64,000 bases of DNA from Desulfococcaceae bacterium (GCA_046541495.1 JBKHDE010000003.1:513-64512); one strand, 5' to 3'; positions 30,935-49,185 are shown, counted from the stretch's first letter. Made by a program: numbers and translations. Notes: generated by a model from the sequence alone, not told the origin.

Positions 30935-31135
30935 CTATCGGTTTTGGGTAAGTTCATTTTCACGGATGATCGTTCTGATCCGTGCGATATCCCTTTTGGT
31001 CTGTTTCAACTTCTGGGGATTTTCGAGCTGTCCGGCCCCGTGTTGGAATCGAAGATTAAACAGCTCTTGGTTCAGGTCAAGCACATTTTGCCGCATTTCT
31101 TCGATGCTCATGTCTCTGATCTCGCTCGCCTTCAT
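30935..31135 (-). CDS. rpmC: 50S ribosomal protein L29
   Basis: [31 protein letters not shown]... Confidence 0.96.
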   Translation of the reverse strand: MKASEIRDMSIEEMRQNVLDLNQELFNLRFQHGAGQLENPQKLKQTKRDIARIRTIIRENELTQNR

Positions 31136-31548
31136 ATCATTTCCCCTCTTTCTATAAACTTGGTCTTGATGGGGAGTTTGTGGGCGGCCAGCCGAAGGGC
31201 CTCCCGGGCCAGTTCCACCGGGACCCCCTCCATTTCGTAAAGAATTTTACCCGGGCGAATCACCGCAACCCATCCTTCGGGAGCGCCTTTTCCCTTTCCC
31301 ATTCGAACTTCGGCCGGTTTTTTGGTAACCGGCTTGTCGGGAAAGATTCGAATCCACATCTTACCGCCTCTCTTGACGTGGCGGGTCATGGCGATACGGG
31401 CGGCCTCGATCTGCTTGGCGGAGATAAAGCCGCATTCCACGGCCTGCAATCCGTATTCTCCGAAGGTCAGATCGCTGCCGCGGTGGGCCATTCCCCTCAT
31501 CCGGCCCTTCTGCTGCTTTCGAAATTTGACCTTTTTGGGGCTCAGCAT
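31132..31548 (-). CDS. rplP: 50S ribosomal protein L16
   Basis: [19 protein letters not shown]... Confidence 0.97.
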   Translation of the reverse strand: MLSPKKVKFRKQQKGRMRGMAHRGSDLTFGEYGLQAVECGFISAKQIEAARIAMTRHVKRGGKMWIRIFPDKPVTKKPAEVRMGKGKGAPEGWVAVIRPGKILYEMEGVPVELAREALRLAAHKLPIKTKFIERGEMI

Positions 31549-31563
31549 CTGTCGTGTCTCCTT

Positions 31564-32220
31564 TTATACCTTGCCGCCGGTCTCCAGCGAGTCCATCTTC
31601 AAAATTTCACCCTTGAATATGAACACCTTCACACCGACAATTCCGTAAGTGGTTTTCGCTTCGGCCAGTCCGTAATCGATGTCGGCCCGCAGCGTATGCA
31701 GCGGCACCCGGCCTTCCCGGTACCACTCGGTTCGGGCCATTTCGGCACCGCCCAACCGGCCGGAGCTGATGATTTTAACGCCTTTGGCGCCGAACCGCAT
31801 GGCGGATGAAACGCCCCGCTTCATGGCCCGGCGAAAGGCGACGCGTCGCACGATCTGAAGGGCCACGTTTTCGGCCACCAGTTGAGCGTCGACTTCGGGC
31901 TTGCGGACCTCCTGAATATCAATCAGCACCTCCTGGGAAATCATCTTCTCAAGCTCTTTTTTGAGCTTTTCGATCTCGGATCCTTTCTTTCCGATGACGA
32001 TCCCCGGTCGGGCCGTGTGGATGCGAAGCCTGACACGCTTGGATGACCTCTCGACCTCTATCCGTGAAATCCCGGCATGGTACATCTTGTTTTTGACGTA
32101 TTCCCGAAGCCGATAATCCTCCAGGATATAATCCGAATACTTTTTATCCGCATACCAACGAGACTCCCAGGTCTTGACGATGCCGAGTCTTAATCCGATC
32201 GGATTTACTTTCTGGCCCAA
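31564..32220 (-). CDS. rpsC: 30S ribosomal protein S3
   Basis: [24 protein letters not shown]... Confidence 0.97.
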   Translation of the reverse strand: MGQKVNPIGLRLGIVKTWESRWYADKKYSDYILEDYRLREYVKNKMYHAGISRIEVERSSKRVRLRIHTARPGIVIGKKGSEIEKLKKELEKMISQEVLIDIQEVRKPEVDAQLVAENVALQIVRRVAFRRAMKRGVSSAMRFGAKGVKIISSGRLGGAEMARTEWYREGRVPLHTLRADIDYGLAEAKTTYGIVGVKVFIFKGEILKMDSLETGGKV

Positions 32221-32235
32221 GCGCTTACCTCCTTT

Positions 32236-32583
32236 TTACCCCAAATCTTCAGCTAAAATGACCGTAATATGACTGGTTCTTTTTAATATCCGTGTACCCC
32301 TGCCCCGGGCTCGGGCTCGAAACCGCTTCAGAGTGGGCCCTTGGTCCGCAATCACATTGCGGACCACCAACTCATCGACGTCGATGCCCATGTTCTGAGC
32401 CGCATTGGCCACCGCCGAGCGCATGGTCTTTTCGACAATGCCGGCCGCCTTCTGCGGCATGAACTTGAGGCTGTTCAGTGCGTCTTCAACCGGTTTTCCC
32501 TTGACCGCGTCGACCAGCATGCGGACCTTCTGAGGAGAAATGCGCACATATTTGGTGACAGCTTTGACCTCCATTGCAGACAT
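32236..32583 (-). CDS. rplV: 50S ribosomal protein L22
   Basis: [18 protein letters not shown]... Start at 32583 or three codons downstream. Confidence 0.95.
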   Translation of the reverse strand: MSAMEVKAVTKYVRISPQKVRMLVDAVKGKPVEDALNSLKFMPQKAAGIVEKTMRSAVANAAQNMGIDVDELVVRNVIADQGPTLKRFRARARGRGTRILKRTSHITVILAEDLG

Positions 32584-32596
32584 CCCTTCTTATCGC

Positions 32597-32878
32597 TTAC
32601 TTCTTCAGCTTCGATTTCTTATCGCCGGCATGGCCGTAAAACGTGCGGGTCGGTGAAAACTCTCCCAGCTTGTGCCCCACCATGTTTTCGCTCACGAATA
32701 CCGGGATAAACTTTTTGCCGTTGTGAACCGCCAACGTGAGGCCGACCATCTCCGGAATAATGGTGGAACGTCGGGACCAGGTTTTGATCACCTTTCCCCC
32801 GCGAGAATCCTGGGCTTGCTCCACCTTCTTGACCAGTTTGGCTTCCACGTAGGGCCCTTTTTTTAACGATCGTGGCAT
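32597..32878 (-). CDS. rpsS: 30S ribosomal protein S19
   Basis: [11 protein letters not shown]... Confidence 0.97.
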   Translation of the reverse strand: MPRSLKKGPYVEAKLVKKVEQAQDSRGGKVIKTWSRRSTIIPEMVGLTLAVHNGKKFIPVFVSENMVGHKLGEFSPTRTFYGHAGDKKSKLKK

Positions 32879-32902
32879 ATCCCTTCCTGCTCCTTTGGAT
32901 GA

Positions 32903-33736
32903 TTATTTCTTGCTTGTCCGCCGTCGCCGCACGATGTAACGATCGGTCTGTTTGTTCTTGCGGGTTCGATATCCCTTGGTCGGCTTGCCCCACGGACTAC
33001 AGGGGTGACGACCGCCCGAAGACCGGCCTTCGCCGCCCCCCATGGGATGATCCACCGGGTTCATGGCCACGCCCCGGACGCTGGGCCGCCTGCCCAGACG
33101 GCGGGTGCGCCCGGCCTTTCCGAGGGAGACGTTTTCATGAATCACGTTGCCCACCTGGCCGATGGTGGCTCGGCAGTTCAGAAGGACCATCCGCACCTCC
33201 CCCGAGGGGAGCTTCACCTGAGCATATTTGTCTTCCTTGGCCATCAGCTGGGCAAAGGTGCCGGCGCTGCGGACGATCTGACCGCCCTTGCCGATCTTAA
33301 GCTCGATATTGTGAATATGGGTGCCCAGCGGAATATTGCGCAGGGGCAGCGTGTTTCCGGGTTTGATATCGGCCCCGGGCCCGGACATCACGGTATCCCC
33401 GACCTTGAGATTGACCGGCGCCAGAATATACCGCTTTTCTCCGTCTACATAATGGAGCAGGGCGATGCGCGCACTTCGGTTGGGATCATACTCGACGGTG
33501 GCCACTTTGGCCGGCACCCCGGTCTTGTCCCGCTTGAAGTCGATGATCCGATAATGGCGCTTGTGCCCCCCGCCCCGGTGCCGGCAGGTGATCCGCCCGT
33601 AGGTATTTCGGCCGCCCTTCTTTTTAAGAACCTTCAGCAGGCTCTTTTCAGGAGTCGTGGACGTAATCTCGTCGTAGCTCGAAAATTCCTGAAATCTGCG
33701 GCCGGGGGATGTCGGTTTGGATTTTTTAATTGCCAT
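32903..33736 (-). CDS. rplB: 50S ribosomal protein L2
   Basis: [15 protein letters not shown] ... [17 protein letters not shown]. Confidence 0.97.
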   Translation of the reverse strand: MAIKKSKPTSPGRRFQEFSSYDEITSTTPEKSLLKVLKKKGGRNTYGRITCRHRGGGHKRHYRIIDFKRDKTGVPAKVATVEYDPNRSARIALLHYVDGEKRYILAPVNLKVGDTVMSGPGADIKPGNTLPLRNIPLGTHIHNIELKIGKGGQIVRSAGTFAQLMAKEDKYAQVKLPSGEVRMVLLNCRATIGQVGNVIHENVSLGKAGRTRRLGRRPSVRGVAMNPVDHPMGGGEGRSSGGRHPCSPWGKPTKGYRTRKNKQTDRYIVRRRRTSKK

Positions 33737-33751
33737 GCTGACTCCTAAATA

Positions 33752-34042
33752 TTATACGCCTTCAAAAAATTCGATCCGTTCACCGGGCATGAGTTTGACG
33801 ATCGCCTTTTTCCAGTCTTTGCGTTTACCGACGATGCGCCCCCGCTGTTTCACCTTGCCCTTGACCTGCATGGTCCGCACTTCCGAGACATGCACATCGA
33901 AGATCTTTTCAACCGCTTTTCGGATTTCCACCCGGTTGGCCCGCCGGTCGACCTCGATGGTGATCTGGTTGTCCACCTCTTTTTGGAGGGTGGTCTTTTC
34001 CGTGACCAGCGGACGCTTTATAATTTCATAATAGTTCATCAT
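33752..34042 (-). CDS. rplW: 50S ribosomal protein L23
   Basis: [14 protein letters not shown]... Confidence 0.96.
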   Translation of the reverse strand: MMNYYEIIKRPLVTEKTTLQKEVDNQITIEVDRRANRVEIRKAVEKIFDVHVSEVRTMQVKGKVKQRGRIVGKRKDWKKAIVKLMPGERIEFFEGV

Positions 34043-34662
34043 GGGGAAAGCCTCCCTTCCAGGACCTTGACGGCTGACTCAAGCAGTATGACGTTCTTGT
34101 ATCTGAGCAGATCGTAGACGTTCAGCCCTTCCGACCGCAACACCTTCACGTTGGGAACATTCCGGGAGGACAGTTCCAGATTCTCGTCTTTTTGATCGGT
34201 CACCAGGAGCACATTGTCGGTGTCGAGATTTTTGATGATGGACACGAAATCCTTGGTTTTTACCCGCTCCAGTTCCAGACGATCCAAAACGATCATTTCA
34301 TTGTCGCGCACCTTGCTGCTCAGGGCCATTTTCAGGGCCAGCTTTCTTACCTTTTTGGGCACCTTGTAGGCGTAGGATCTCGGATGGGGCCCGAAAACCA
34401 CCCCGCCGCCTCTCAGCAGGGGGGATTTAATATCGCCGCGCCTGGCACGACCGGTCCCCTTTTGGCGAAACAGCTTCTTGGTGCTGCCGACTATATCGCT
34501 GCGATTTTTTACCGACGCGGTTCCCGAGCGTCGGGCGGCCCTCTGCATGGTGACCACCTCATGAAGGACGCTCGATTTCACCGGCACATTGAAAATGTCT
34601 TCGGCCAGCTCGATCTCCGAAACCTTTTCGCCTTTCGTATTCAGAACATCTACGACAGCCAT
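34039..34662 (-). CDS. rplD: 50S ribosomal protein L4
   Basis: 207 aa, [31 protein letters not shown]. Confidence 0.97.
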   Translation of the reverse strand: MAVVDVLNTKGEKVSEIELAEDIFNVPVKSSVLHEVVTMQRAARRSGTASVKNRSDIVGSTKKLFRQKGTGRARRGDIKSPLLRGGGVVFGPHPRSYAYKVPKKVRKLALKMALSSKVRDNEMIVLDRLELERVKTKDFVSIIKNLDTDNVLLVTDQKDENLELSSRNVPNVKVLRSEGLNVYDLLRYKNVILLESAVKVLEGRLSP

Positions 34663-34724
34663 ATCTATCCCCTCGTCAGACTCTCATCAGCCACCCGGCG
34701 TTTTCGGCCGCTGGCCCTTGTATT

Positions 34725-35360
34725 CTACTTTTTCTGTGATTTGGTCTTCTTGACCATGACCACGCCGGATCGGGAGCCGGGCACCGCGCCTTTCAGCAAC
34801 AGGAGGTTCTCATCGGGCCGCACGTCGACGATTTCAAGGTTCCGAATGGTCTTTCGGGTATCGCCGTATTGGCCGGGAAGCTTTTTCCCTTTGAAGACCC
34901 GGGACGGCCACGCGCTGCACCCGATGGATCCGGGCACACGATGGCTTTTGCTGCCGTGGGTCTCCCGCCCTCCGGAAAACCCGTGGCGCTTGATGACCCC
35001 CTGAAATCCGCGACCCTTGGTCGTGCCGACCACATCCACCCGTTCTCCGACGTTGAAGATGTCGAGCGACACCGTCTGGCCCGGGCTGAAATCCTCCGGG
35101 TTATCCACAGAGACCTCTTTGATGACCTTGGCGGGTGCGGCGCCGGCCTTTTTCACATGCCCCTTCAGCGGTTTGTTGGCATGGGTTTCTTTTTTTTCTT
35201 CAAATCCCAGCTGAAGGGCGTTGTAGCCGTCGGTGGCTTCGGTTTTGATCTGGGTCACGACACAGGGGCCCAGTTGTATCACCGTCACCGGAATATACCG
35301 TCCTTCCGGCGAAAACAGCCCGGTCATCCCCATTTTTTTTCCGATCAATCCATTACTCAT
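34725..35360 (-). CDS. rplC: 50S ribosomal protein L3
   Basis: GLIGKKMGMTGLF ... GTTKGRGFQGVIKRHGF. Confidence 0.97.
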   Translation of the reverse strand: MSNGLIGKKMGMTGLFSPEGRYIPVTVIQLGPCVVTQIKTEATDGYNALQLGFEEKKETHANKPLKGHVKKAGAAPAKVIKEVSVDNPEDFSPGQTVSLDIFNVGERVDVVGTTKGRGFQGVIKRHGFSGGRETHGSKSHRVPGSIGCSAWPSRVFKGKKLPGQYGDTRKTIRNLEIVDVRPDENLLLLKGAVPGSRSGVVMVKKTKSQKK

Positions 35361-35383
35361 GATATCTGGTGTCTCCTATCCTG

Positions 35384-35695
35384 CTACAGTTTGATTTCGA
35401 CATCCACCCCTGGAGACAGGTCCAATTTCATCAGCGCATCCACCGTCTGTTGAGTGGGGTCCAGGATATCCAAAAGCCGCTTGTGGGTCCGCATCTCAAA
35501 CTGCTCGCGAGACTTTTTGTCGATATGGGGAGACCGCAGTACGCAGTATTTGTTGATTCTCGTGGGCAGCGGAATGGGACCGACGACTTTCGCGCCGGTC
35601 TTGTTGGCCGTATCCACGATATCGGAGGCGGACTGATCCAGAAGCTTGTGATCATAGGCCTTCAACCGGATTCTGATCTTGGTATTCATTATCAT
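35384..35695 (-). CDS. rpsJ: 30S ribosomal protein S10
   Basis: [18 protein letters not shown]... Start at 35695 or 35689. Confidence 0.96.
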   Translation of the reverse strand: MIMNTKIRIRLKAYDHKLLDQSASDIVDTANKTGAKVVGPIPLPTRINKYCVLRSPHIDKKSREQFEMRTHKRLLDILDPTQQTVDALMKLDLSPGVDVEIKL

Positions 35696-35714
35696 GGCTT
35701 ATCACCGCCCTCTT

Positions 35715-36922
<1,208 letters not shown>

Positions 36923-36971
36923 TTCCCCCGGGATTAGAATCCTGTAAACCGATCCACTCGGAATCAGACAG

Positions 36972-37002
36972 TCGAAGGGGTTCTCAAGAAAAACCCCTTC
37001 GA
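36972..37002 (-). other. perfect 11-bp stem-loop in the rpsG-tuf spacer
   Basis: TCGAAGGGGTT (36972-36982), 9-nt loop, AACCCCTTCGA (36992-37002). No adjacent U-tract on either strand. Confidence 0.6.
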
Positions 37003-37036
37003 TATACCGATGAACTCGACTACGGATGTAACCGTT

Positions 37037-37507
37037 TTACCATCTGAAATGGGCGAAAGCCTTATTGGCCTCGGCCATTTTATGTGTATCCTCTTTTTTC
37101 TTTACGGAAGATCCCCGCCGATTGGCGGCATCCAGCAACTCTCCGGCCAGCTTGTCGGCCATGCCCTTTTCCGGCCGTTTTCGGGCGAAATCGATGATCC
37201 ATCGAATCGCCAGAGCCGTTCGGCGGGAGGGTCGAACCTCGGTCGGCACCTGATAGGTGGACCCGCCGACCCGGCGGGATTTCACCTCGATCATCGGGCG
37301 GGCGTTTTCCACCGCATCTTCGAATATCTTGAGCGGGGCTTCCTTGGCTTTTTCCTCGATTACACCCAGGGCGCCGTACAGGATCTTTTCGGCTGTGCTC
37401 TTTTTACCGTCGCGCATGATGGACTTGACGAACTTGGCCACCAGTTTGCTGTTGTACTTGGGGTCCGGCACGATGACCCGCTCGGGAATTTCTCTTCTTC
37501 TCGGCAT
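37037..37507 (-). CDS. rpsG: 30S ribosomal protein S7
   Basis: [20 protein letters not shown]... Confidence 0.97.
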   Translation of the reverse strand: MPRRREIPERVIVPDPKYNSKLVAKFVKSIMRDGKKSTAEKILYGALGVIEEKAKEAPLKIFEDAVENARPMIEVKSRRVGGSTYQVPTEVRPSRRTALAIRWIIDFARKRPEKGMADKLAGELLDAANRRGSSVKKKEDTHKMAEANKAFAHFRW

Positions 37508-37548
37508 ACGCTACACCATCATTCTCATCGTCATTGACTGTTTGGAAA

Positions 37549-37920
37549 CTACTTCGGTTTCTTGGCTCCGTATTTGGACCGACCCTGTCTTCGATCTTCA
37601 ACCCCGAGGGTGTCGAGGGTGCCCCGCACGATATGATACCGAACACCGGGCAAATCTTTTACACGACCGCCTCGAACCAGCACCACCGAGTGCTCCTGCA
37701 GGTTGTGGCCGATGCCGGGAATATAGGCGGTGACCTCGATTCCGGTGGTCAGCCGCACACGGGCCACTTTACGTAGGGCCGAGTTCGGCTTTTTGGGCGT
37801 CGATGTGTACACCCGCGTACAGACACCCCGTTTCTGAGGAGCTCCCTTGAGCGCAGGGGTGTTGTTCTTCTTGATGATCCGTTTTCTGCCTTTTCTGACT
37901 AACTGGTTAATGGTCGGCAT
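37549..37920 (-). CDS. rpsL: 30S ribosomal protein S12
   Basis: ATG 37920: [14 protein letters not shown]... The track ORF start at 38019 lies upstream of the promoter. Confidence 0.97.
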   Translation of the reverse strand: MPTINQLVRKGRKRIIKKNNTPALKGAPQKRGVCTRVYTSTPKKPNSALRKVARVRLTTGIEVTAYIPGIGHNLQEHSVVLVRGGRVKDLPGVRYHIVRGTLDTLGVEDRRQGRSKYGAKKPK

Positions 37921-37977
37921 GCGAATTCCTTCAGTGTGTACAGTCCTTTGTTTACCCGACGACCTGACAAAAGCCTT

Positions 37978-38006
37978 TATATACGCATAAGAAAAAAAAA
38001 TGTCAA
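37978..38006 (-). promoter_or_regulatory. near-consensus sigma70 promoter of the str (rpsL-rpsG-tuf...) operon
   Basis: Minus strand: TTGACA (38006-38001), 17-nt T-rich spacer, TATATA (37983-37978), about 55 nt upstream of the rpsL ATG and 25 nt after the rpoC stop. Confidence 0.55.
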
Positions 38007-38030
38007 GCCATTTCTTCACTTTTTCATCGC

Positions 38031-42431
<4,401 letters not shown>

Positions 42432-42503
42432 ATTATATCCCCCTTGATTGCATTCCGCGTGAGGCGCCTCTGAAAGAAACGGCGGCAACCGGACAAGTCC
42501 GGC

Positions 42504-45500
42504 TTACTTGCCCTCTTCCATGAGGGCGACATCCAACCCCAGGCTCTGCAATTCTTTGGTCAAGACTTTAAAGGACTCCGGAATCCCCGGTTCCAGAACA
42601 TTCTGACCCTTGACGATCTTCTCGTACATTCGGGTCCGCCCGGCCATATCGTCGGACTTGACGGTCAAAAATTCCTGAAGGGCGTGGGCTGCCCCGTAGG
42701 CCTCCATGGCCCAGACCTCCATCTCGCCCAGGCGCTGGCCTCCGAACTGGGCCTTTCCGCCCAGAGGCTGCTGAGTCACGAGGGAGTAGGGTCCGATGGA
42801 ACGGGCATGGATCTTGTCGTCCACCAGGTGGTGGAGTTTCAGCATGTACATGGTTCCGACGGTGATCCGTTCTTTAAACGGTTCTCCGGTGCGTCCGTCA
42901 TACAGGGTGGTCTGGGCGGTGGCAGACAGACCGGCCTCGGACAGCAGGGCCTTGATCTCATCCTCTTTGGCGCCGTCAAAGACGGGCGTGGCCATATGAA
43001 CGCCCTCGGCATAGGCGGCGGCGAAATCGAGCAGCCCTTCACCATCCAGGGAATCGATCACCTCTCGGGCTTCGGCGCCTTCCCGGGCCTCCGGCCCCTT
43101 ACCGTCGCTGCCGGCGAAGATTCGTTTCATTTTTTCCCGCAAAGAGGAATGGTCTTCGGCTTCGATCAGGTCCCGAATTTGGTCGCCCAAGCCCTTGGCG
43201 GCACGGCCCAGATGGATTTCAAGGATCTGCCCCACATTCATTCGAGACGGCACGCCGAGCGGATTGAGGACCATATCCACCGGGGTTCCGTCTTCAAAAT
43301 AGGGCATGTCCTCCTGGGGAAGGAGCATGGAGACTACGCCCTTGTTCCCGTGGCGGCCCGCCATCTTGTCTCCCACCGAGAGCTTTCGTTTCATGGCCAC
43401 ATAGACCTTGACCATCTTGATCACCCCGGGCGGCAGATCATCCCCTTTTTCGAACCGGCTGACCCGCTGTTCAAAGTTGGAAATACACCGCTCCCGCTGT
43501 TCGCGGTACATTTCCAGAAGTTCGTGCACCCGTTCGGTGCGGTCCGGGTCTTCCAGAACAATCCCTTCAAAAAGGTTCACCGGTTCGATGGTTTCGAGCA
43601 TCTCCCGGGTGATCGGTTCGTCTTTTGGCAGCAGCACCGTCTTCCCTTTTTTGAGGGGCGCCGGCAGGCTCTGGCCCTTTAGATATTCGGCAAGCTGGTC
43701 CCGAACCACCTCTTCCATGATCGTCAGCTCATCGTCTTTATCCCGTTCAAAGGCCGCGATTTCATCGTCCTCGATGGTCCGGGTCCGGTCGTCTTTGACG
43801 ATTCCTCGGCGGGAGAAAACCTTGGCATCGATAACGGTGCCTTCCACGCCGGGCGGCACCCGCAGCGAGGTATCTTTGACGTCTCCGGCCTTTTCGCCGA
43901 AGATGGCCCGCAGCAATTTTTCTTCGGGAGACAGCTGGGTTTCGCCTTTGGGGGTGACCTTTCCCACCAGAATGTCGCCGGATCGGACCTCGGCCCCCAG
44001 CCGGACGATGCCGCTTTCATCGAGGTCTTTCAAAGCCTCTTCCCCCACATTGGGAATATCCCGGGTGATCTCTTCCTTTCCGAGCTTGGTGTCTCGGGCC
44101 ACCACCTCGAACTCCTCGATGTGGACCGAGGTGTACACCCCGTCGCGGACCAGCCGTTCGCTGACCAGAATGGAATCCTCGAAATTATACCCGCCCCAGG
44201 GCATGAAGGCCACGGTGACGTTCTTGCCCAGGGCCAGTTCCCCGCGCTCGGTGGCCGGCCCGTCGGCGATGATCTGCCCGGCCTTGACCCGCTGACCCTT
44301 TTGCACGATGGGCCGCTGATTGAAACAGGTGTTCTGGTTGGACCGGACGAATTTGGACAGGTTGATAGGGTCCACCAGTTTCTGGGAAGCATCGCCGCTG
44401 AAATCGTACTTGAGCAGAATGCGGGAGGCCTCCACATCCACCACCTCGGCATCCCGCTTGGCCACAACGGCCACGCCCGAATCCCGGGCCACCACGGCTT
44501 CAATGCCGGTGCCCACCAGCGGGGCCCGGCTGATCATCAGCGGCACCGCCTGGCGCTGCATGTTGGAGCCCATCAGGGCCCGGTTGGCGTCGTCGTTTTC
44601 GAGAAACGGAATCAGGGAGGCGGACACGCTCACCAGCTGATCCGGAGAGATGTCCATCAGTTCGATGCGTTCCTGTTCCACCATTTCAAATTCACCGGTC
44701 ACCCGGGAGGTCACCCGCGGATTGACATAGTGCTTGTCCTCATCCATCGGGGCGTTGGCCTGTGCGATGGGGTGTTTGGCTTCCTCAAAGGCGCTCAAAT
44801 ACCGCACATCGTCGGTAACCGTGGCGTCTTTCACCACCCGATAAGGGGTTTCGATAAAACCGTAGTCATTTACACGGGCATAGGTGGACAAAGACACGAT
44901 CAGCCCGATATTGGGACCTTCCGGGGTTTCGATGGGGCAGATCCGGCCGTAGTGAGACGGATGCACATCCCGCACCTCGAAGCCGGCCCGCTCCCGGGTA
45001 AGGCCGCCGGGCCCCAGGGCGCTCAACCGCCGCTTGTGGGTGGTTTCGGATAGCGGGTTGGTCTGATCCATGAACTGAGAGAGCTGGCTGGTTCCGAAAA
45101 ATTCCTTGACCACCGCCGATACCGGCTTGGGGTTGACCAGGTCGTGGGGCATCAGGGCATCCACCTCCTGAAGGCTCATCCGCTCTTTGATGGCCCGCTC
45201 CATTCGAACCAGGCCGATCCGATACTGGTTTTCAAGCAGCTCGCCCACGGCCCGGACCCGTCGATTGCCCAGGTGGTCGATATCGTCCACCACCCCTTGA
45301 GTGTCCCGAAGCTCCACCAGGGTCTTGGTGGTCAGCAGCACATCCTCTTTTCGCAGGGTCCGGACGTTGACCGGGGTGTCCATGCCCAGGCGCAGGTTGA
45401 TCTTCATTCGGCCCACGCCCGAGAGGTCATAATAAGAAGATTTGAAAAACAGATGATCGATAAATTCCTGGGCCACCTCCGGGGTGGCCGGATTGCCGGG

Positions 45501-46637
45501 ACGAAGCCGCCGATAAATTTCGATCAGGGCCTCTTCTTTGGAGTCGACCTTGTCCAGAATCAGGGTCTTGCGGATGGAGTCGCTGCTGCTGACCCAGTCG
45601 ATGAAGAGGATCTCGAATTCGGTGATGCCGGCATCCGTAATTCGGTTGAGAATCTCCTCGTCCACCGGGTCATTGGCCCGGGCGATGATCTCCCCGGTAC
45701 CGGGGTCGGTCACGGTGGAGGCGATGATGGTGTTGAGGATATCCTCCCGCTCGATGGGGATCATCTCCATGCCGGCGTTCTTGATCTGGCGAATGGCCCG
45801 CTGGGTGAACATCCGCCCTTTTTTTACGATCACATCCCCGGATTCGGGATCGACAATATCCTGGGATGCCCGCTGGCCTTTGAGGGATTTGACCTGGAAT
45901 GTCTTAAAATACTCGGCGCCTTGAATAATGATCTTATCGGTGTCGTAGAAATAGGTCAGGAGATCGTCGGTGGTATACCCGAAGGCCTTGAACAGCAAGG
46001 TGACCGGAAATTTTCGCCGCCGATCGATTCGAATGTAGACGATGTCCTTGGGATCGATTTCCATATCGATCCAGGACCCCCGAACCGGAATGATTCGGGA
46101 CGAGTAGATGATCTTTCCGCTGGAATGGGTTTTTCCCTTGTCGTGGTCGAAAAAGACGCCCGAAGACCGGTGGAGCTGGCTGACCACCACCCGCTCGGTG
46201 CCGTTGATGATGAAGGTCCCCTTTTCGGTCATCAGGGGGATGGTGCCGAAATAGATCTCCTGTTCTTTGATGTCGCGGATATTGGATACGCCCGAATCCT
46301 TGTCGATATCATAGACCACCAGCCGGACCGTGATACGGACCGGCAGTTCATAGGTCATCCCTCGGTCGATGCACTCGTCTACGCTGTGCTTGACTTCGCC
46401 GAACCGGTAGGACACGAATTCGAGGGACGCGCTTCCGGTAAAATCCTTAATGGGAAACACCGAATTGAACACGGCCTGAAGGCCGATGTCTTTTCGATCT
46501 TCCGGAGGGATCCCCATCTGCAGAAACCGCTGATAAGACTCCCGTTGCATCCCGATCAGGTCGGGGATTTCGATGATTTTTGGAATTTTGCCGAAGTTTT
46601 TCCGAATACGCTTACCTGTGAAAGGCTTTCCCGACAT
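42504..46637 (-). CDS. rpoB: DNA-directed RNA polymerase subunit beta
   Basis: ATG 46637 preceded by GGAGA: [35 protein letters not shown]..., 1377 aa. Confidence 0.97.
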   Translation of the reverse strand: MSGKPFTGKRIRKNFGKIPKIIEIPDLIGMQRESYQRFLQMGIPPEDRKDIGLQAVFNSVFPIKDFTGSASLEFVSYRFGEVKHSVDECIDRGMTYELPVRITVRLVVYDIDKDSGVSNIRDIKEQEIYFGTIPLMTEKGTFIINGTERVVVSQLHRSSGVFFDHDKGKTHSSGKIIYSSRIIPVRGSWIDMEIDPKDIVYIRIDRRRKFPVTLLFKAFGYTTDDLLTYFYDTDKIIIQGAEYFKTFQVKSLKGQRASQDIVDPESGDVIVKKGRMFTQRAIRQIKNAGMEMIPIEREDILNTIIASTVTDPGTGEIIARANDPVDEEILNRITDAGITEFEILFIDWVSSSDSIRKTLILDKVDSKEEALIEIYRRLRPGNPATPEVAQEFIDHLFFKSSYYDLSGVGRMKINLRLGMDTPVNVRTLRKEDVLLTTKTLVELRDTQGVVDDIDHLGNRRVRAVGELLENQYRIGLVRMERAIKERMSLQEVDALMPHDLVNPKPVSAVVKEFFGTSQLSQFMDQTNPLSETTHKRRLSALGPGGLTRERAGFEVRDVHPSHYGRICPIETPEGPNIGLIVSLSTYARVNDYGFIETPYRVVKDATVTDDVRYLSAFEEAKHPIAQANAPMDEDKHYVNPRVTSRVTGEFEMVEQERIELMDISPDQLVSVSASLIPFLENDDANRALMGSNMQRQAVPLMISRAPLVGTGIEAVVARDSGVAVVAKRDAEVVDVEASRILLKYDFSGDASQKLVDPINLSKFVRSNQNTCFNQRPIVQKGQRVKAGQIIADGPATERGELALGKNVTVAFMPWGGYNFEDSILVSERLVRDGVYTSVHIEEFEVVARDTKLGKEEITRDIPNVGEEALKDLDESGIVRLGAEVRSGDILVGKVTPKGETQLSPEEKLLRAIFGEKAGDVKDTSLRVPPGVEGTVIDAKVFSRRGIVKDDRTRTIEDDEIAAFERDKDDELTIMEEVVRDQLAEYLKGQSLPAPLKKGKTVLLPKDEPITREMLETIEPVNLFEGIVLEDPDRTERVHELLEMYREQRERCISNFEQRVSRFEKGDDLPPGVIKMVKVYVAMKRKLSVGDKMAGRHGNKGVVSMLLPQEDMPYFEDGTPVDMVLNPLGVPSRMNVGQILEIHLGRAAKGLGDQIRDLIEAEDHSSLREKMKRIFAGSDGKGPEAREGAEAREVIDSLDGEGLLDFAAAYAEGVHMATPVFDGAKEDEIKALLSEAGLSATAQTTLYDGRTGEPFKERITVGTMYMLKLHHLVDDKIHARSIGPYSLVTQQPLGGKAQFGGQRLGEMEVWAMEAYGAAHALQEFLTVKSDDMAGRTRMYEKIVKGQNVLEPGIPESFKVLTKELQSLGLDVALMEEGK

Positions 46638-46674
46638 TTTTTCTCCAGATTGACATGTGGATTCTATAACCACG

Positions 46675-46714
46675 AAAATGGGATGAGGGTTTAATCCCCT
46701 TTCCATCCCATTTT
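46675..46714 (-). terminator. rplL-rpoB intergenic attenuator/terminator-like hairpin
   Basis: TGGGATG...CATCCCA stem (46679-46710) with inner GGG/CCC pairs, flanked by AAAA (46675-46678) and TTTT (46711-46714). On the minus-strand RNA the hairpin is followed by UUUU, 38 nt before the rpoB ATG. Confidence 0.5.
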
Positions 46715-46782
46715 CGCGTTCTTTTACGACACTGAAAAATACTTAATCGACGAAACTAAGCATTTTTTACTTCAATTCAACC

Positions 46783-47169
46783 TTATTTCAATTCAACCTG
46801 GGCGCCTGCTCCTTCCAACTGTTCCTTGATCTTTTCGGCATCTTCTTTGGCAATACCTTCTTTGACCGGCTTGGGCACTTCATCCACCAGGGCTTTGGCA
46901 TCCTTGAGGCCCAGCCCGGTGATGGCCCGCACCTCTTTGATGACCTGAATCTTCTTGTCGCCCGCCGAAGTCAGAATGACATCGAACTCGGTTTTTTCCT
47001 CGGCCGGAGCCGCCGCTTCGGCCCCGCCCGCACCCGGCGCCATCATGGCCACGGGCGCGGCCGCGGATACGCCGAATTTTTCTTCCATCTCCTTCACCAG
47101 CTCGGAGAGGTCGAGCACAGACATGTTGGCAATAAACTCAATCACTTGTTCTTTGGTAATTTCCGCCAT
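46783..47169 (-). CDS. rplL: 50S ribosomal protein L7/L12
   Basis: [39 protein letters not shown]... Confidence 0.97.
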   Translation of the reverse strand: MAEITKEQVIEFIANMSVLDLSELVKEMEEKFGVSAAAPVAMMAPGAGGAEAAAPAEEKTEFDVILTSAGDKKIQVIKEVRAITGLGLKDAKALVDEVPKPVKEGIAKEDAEKIKEQLEGAGAQVELK

Positions 47170-47235
47170 TTTGTGTATCCTCCAGATAATTCTTCGGACC
47201 TACGCAAAGGTAGGTGTATCCATTTTTTTGTGAAA

Positions 47236-47763
47236 TCAGGCAGCTTCCTGTTCTTTCTGATCCTTGATCGCCGTCAGCACATTGAGAAACTGTTGCGGCA
47301 CCGCACTCAACACCCGCACGAAAGATGTGGGCACACCGTTCATCGCCGACAGAACCTGCCCCAGCAAGACGTCACGGGACGGCAGGGACGCCAACGCCTT
47401 CACCGAGTCGAAACCCAGCACCTTTCCTCTCAGGACGGCACTCTTGATTTCGAGCTTCTGGTTGTCTTTGGCGAAGTCGGTGAGCACCTTGGCCGGCGCC
47501 ACCGGGTCTTCATAGGAAATGGCCACGGCGGTCGGCCCGACAAAATTGTCTTTGATCAATTCCGCTTCCGTACCTTCGCAGGCCCGGGTCAGCAGGGTGT
47601 TTTTCACCACCTTGAACTCGACCTCGGCTTCCCTCAGCTGCCGGCGCAGAGAATTGATGGAAATGACGTCCAACCCCTTGTAATCGGTCAGGATCACGAT
47701 TCGGGAGCGGGAAAACTTGTCATGCAGCTCTTCGACGATCTCTTTTTTCTTATCCAGCTTCAT
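47236..47763 (-). CDS. rplJ: 50S ribosomal protein L10
   Basis: ATG 47763 preceded by AAGGAGGTG: MKLDKKKEIVEELHDKFSRSRIVILTDYKGLDV... Confidence 0.95.
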   Translation of the reverse strand: MKLDKKKEIVEELHDKFSRSRIVILTDYKGLDVISINSLRRQLREAEVEFKVVKNTLLTRACEGTEAELIKDNFVGPTAVAISYEDPVAPAKVLTDFAKDNQKLEIKSAVLRGKVLGFDSVKALASLPSRDVLLGQVLSAMNGVPTSFVRVLSAVPQQFLNVLTAIKDQKEQEAA

Positions 47764-47975
47764 ATATTCTTTTACACCTCCTTTCGTATCTGAAAAAAAC
47801 CGGAGGTAATCACATTGGCAGACTACTGTCTCGGTAGGCCGACACGGTCGATTAAATAAGAGACCGGACATACCGGTTCTCGAATATACCTACGGTCTTT
47901 GACAGGATTTATTTAAAATTAGAATTCGTTGATCAGCACGATTCGAAAAGATTCGGTACCTCTGGAATGGAGCGG
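47764..47975 (-). promoter_or_regulatory. rplJ 5' leader (candidate L10-type autoregulatory leader)
   Basis: 212-nt untranslated spacer between rplA and rplJ. UUACCUCCGG (47800-47809) is complementary to the rplJ SD GGAGGUG (47775-47781). Further hairpins lie upstream. Position matches known L10 leaders. Confidence 0.3.
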
Positions 47976-48683
47976 TTACACCTTCACCAGCTCTTTGACG
48001 GACGAGGTATCCACCTTGAACCCGGGGCCCATGGTCGTGGACACAGCGATCCCCTTCACGTAGGTCCCTTTGCTGGAGGCCGGCTTCAAACGCATGATGG
48101 TCTCCAGAAATGCGGCGGCGTTTTCGATCAACCGGTCGGAGCCGAAGGAGACCTTGCCCATGGGGGCATGCACGATTCCGGCTTTTTCCACCCGGAAGTC
48201 GATCTTACCGGCCTTCAGTTCCTGCACCGCCCGGCCGATATCGAAGGTGACGGTGCCGGTCTTGGCATTGGGCATCAGACCTCTCGGACCCAGAAGGCGG
48301 CCGATCTTACCCACCGAGCCCATCATGTCGGGAGTCGCCACCGCTTTGTCGAAATCGAACCACCCCTCCTTGATCTTTTCGATCAAATCGTCGTTGCCCA
48401 CATAATCGGCGCCGGCATCCTGGGCCTCTTTCTCTTTTTCGCCTTTGGCGAAAACCAATACCCGAACCTCTTTTCCGATGCCGTTGGGCAGCACCACCGT
48501 GCCGCGAACCATCTGGTCCGCATGTCGGGGATCGACCCCCAGCTTGACGGCGATATCAAAGGTTTCATCGAATTTGGCATATGAGGAATCGATCGCCCGC
48601 TGGACCGCTTCCGTAAACCCGAGAGTGACGCCCGGCTCCACCTGTTTTCTGGCTTCTATATATTTTTTACCCCGCTTCGGCAT
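47976..48683 (-). CDS. rplA: 50S ribosomal protein L1
   Basis: ATG 48683: [18 protein letters not shown]... Confidence 0.96.
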   Translation of the reverse strand: MPKRGKKYIEARKQVEPGVTLGFTEAVQRAIDSSYAKFDETFDIAVKLGVDPRHADQMVRGTVVLPNGIGKEVRVLVFAKGEKEKEAQDAGADYVGNDDLIEKIKEGWFDFDKAVATPDMMGSVGKIGRLLGPRGLMPNAKTGTVTFDIGRAVQELKAGKIDFRVEKAGIVHAPMGKVSFGSDRLIENAAAFLETIMRLKPASSKGTYVKGIAVSTTMGPGFKVDTSSVKELVKV

Positions 48684-48747
48684 TTTTGCTACTTCACTCC
48701 TTTTTCCGGTTGTATCATCCGCCGGTTTCCGCTGGCGGTTGAAATTC

Positions 48748-49170
48748 TCAGACCACTTCGATTCCCATGCTTCTGGCCGTTCCCGCCACAATCTTGCAGG
48801 CCGCATCCAGGTCATTGGCGTTCAGGTCCGGCATCTTCACCTGGGCGATCTCTTCCACCTGTTTGCGCGTCACCTTACCCACCCGGTCCCGCTTGGGATC
48901 CCCCGCGCCTTTGGCGACTTTGGCCGCTTTTTTCAACAGCACCGCGGCCGGCGGGGTCTTGGTGATAAAGGTAAAGGTGCGATCCTGATAGACGGTGATC
49001 ACCACCGGAGTGATCATGCCCTCTTCGTTCGCGGTCCGGGCGTTGAACGCCTTGCAAAAATCCATGATGTTGACCCCGTGCTGCCCGAGTGCGGGACCGA
49101 TGGGAGGCGACGGATTGGCCTTTCCGGCCATAACCTGTAGCTTGATCTGCGCGATAACCTTTTTTGCCAT
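48748..49170 (-). CDS. rplK: 50S ribosomal protein L11
   Basis: [36 protein letters not shown]... Confidence 0.97.
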   Translation of the reverse strand: MAKKVIAQIKLQVMAGKANPSPPIGPALGQHGVNIMDFCKAFNARTANEEGMITPVVITVYQDRTFTFITKTPPAAVLLKKAAKVAKGAGDPKRDRVGKVTRKQVEEIAQVKMPDLNANDLDAACKIVAGTARSMGIEVV

Positions 49171-49185
49171 TTTTATCTATCTGCT

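Noticed and set aside
42432-42488. ATG 42488 as the rpoC start.
   Set aside because: The conserved N-terminus (DTLYDFF...) begins at a TTG (42431) with a strong AAGGGGGA SD 6 nt upstream. The ATG-initiated 19 residues are not RpoC-like. Confidence in the TTG is moderate only.
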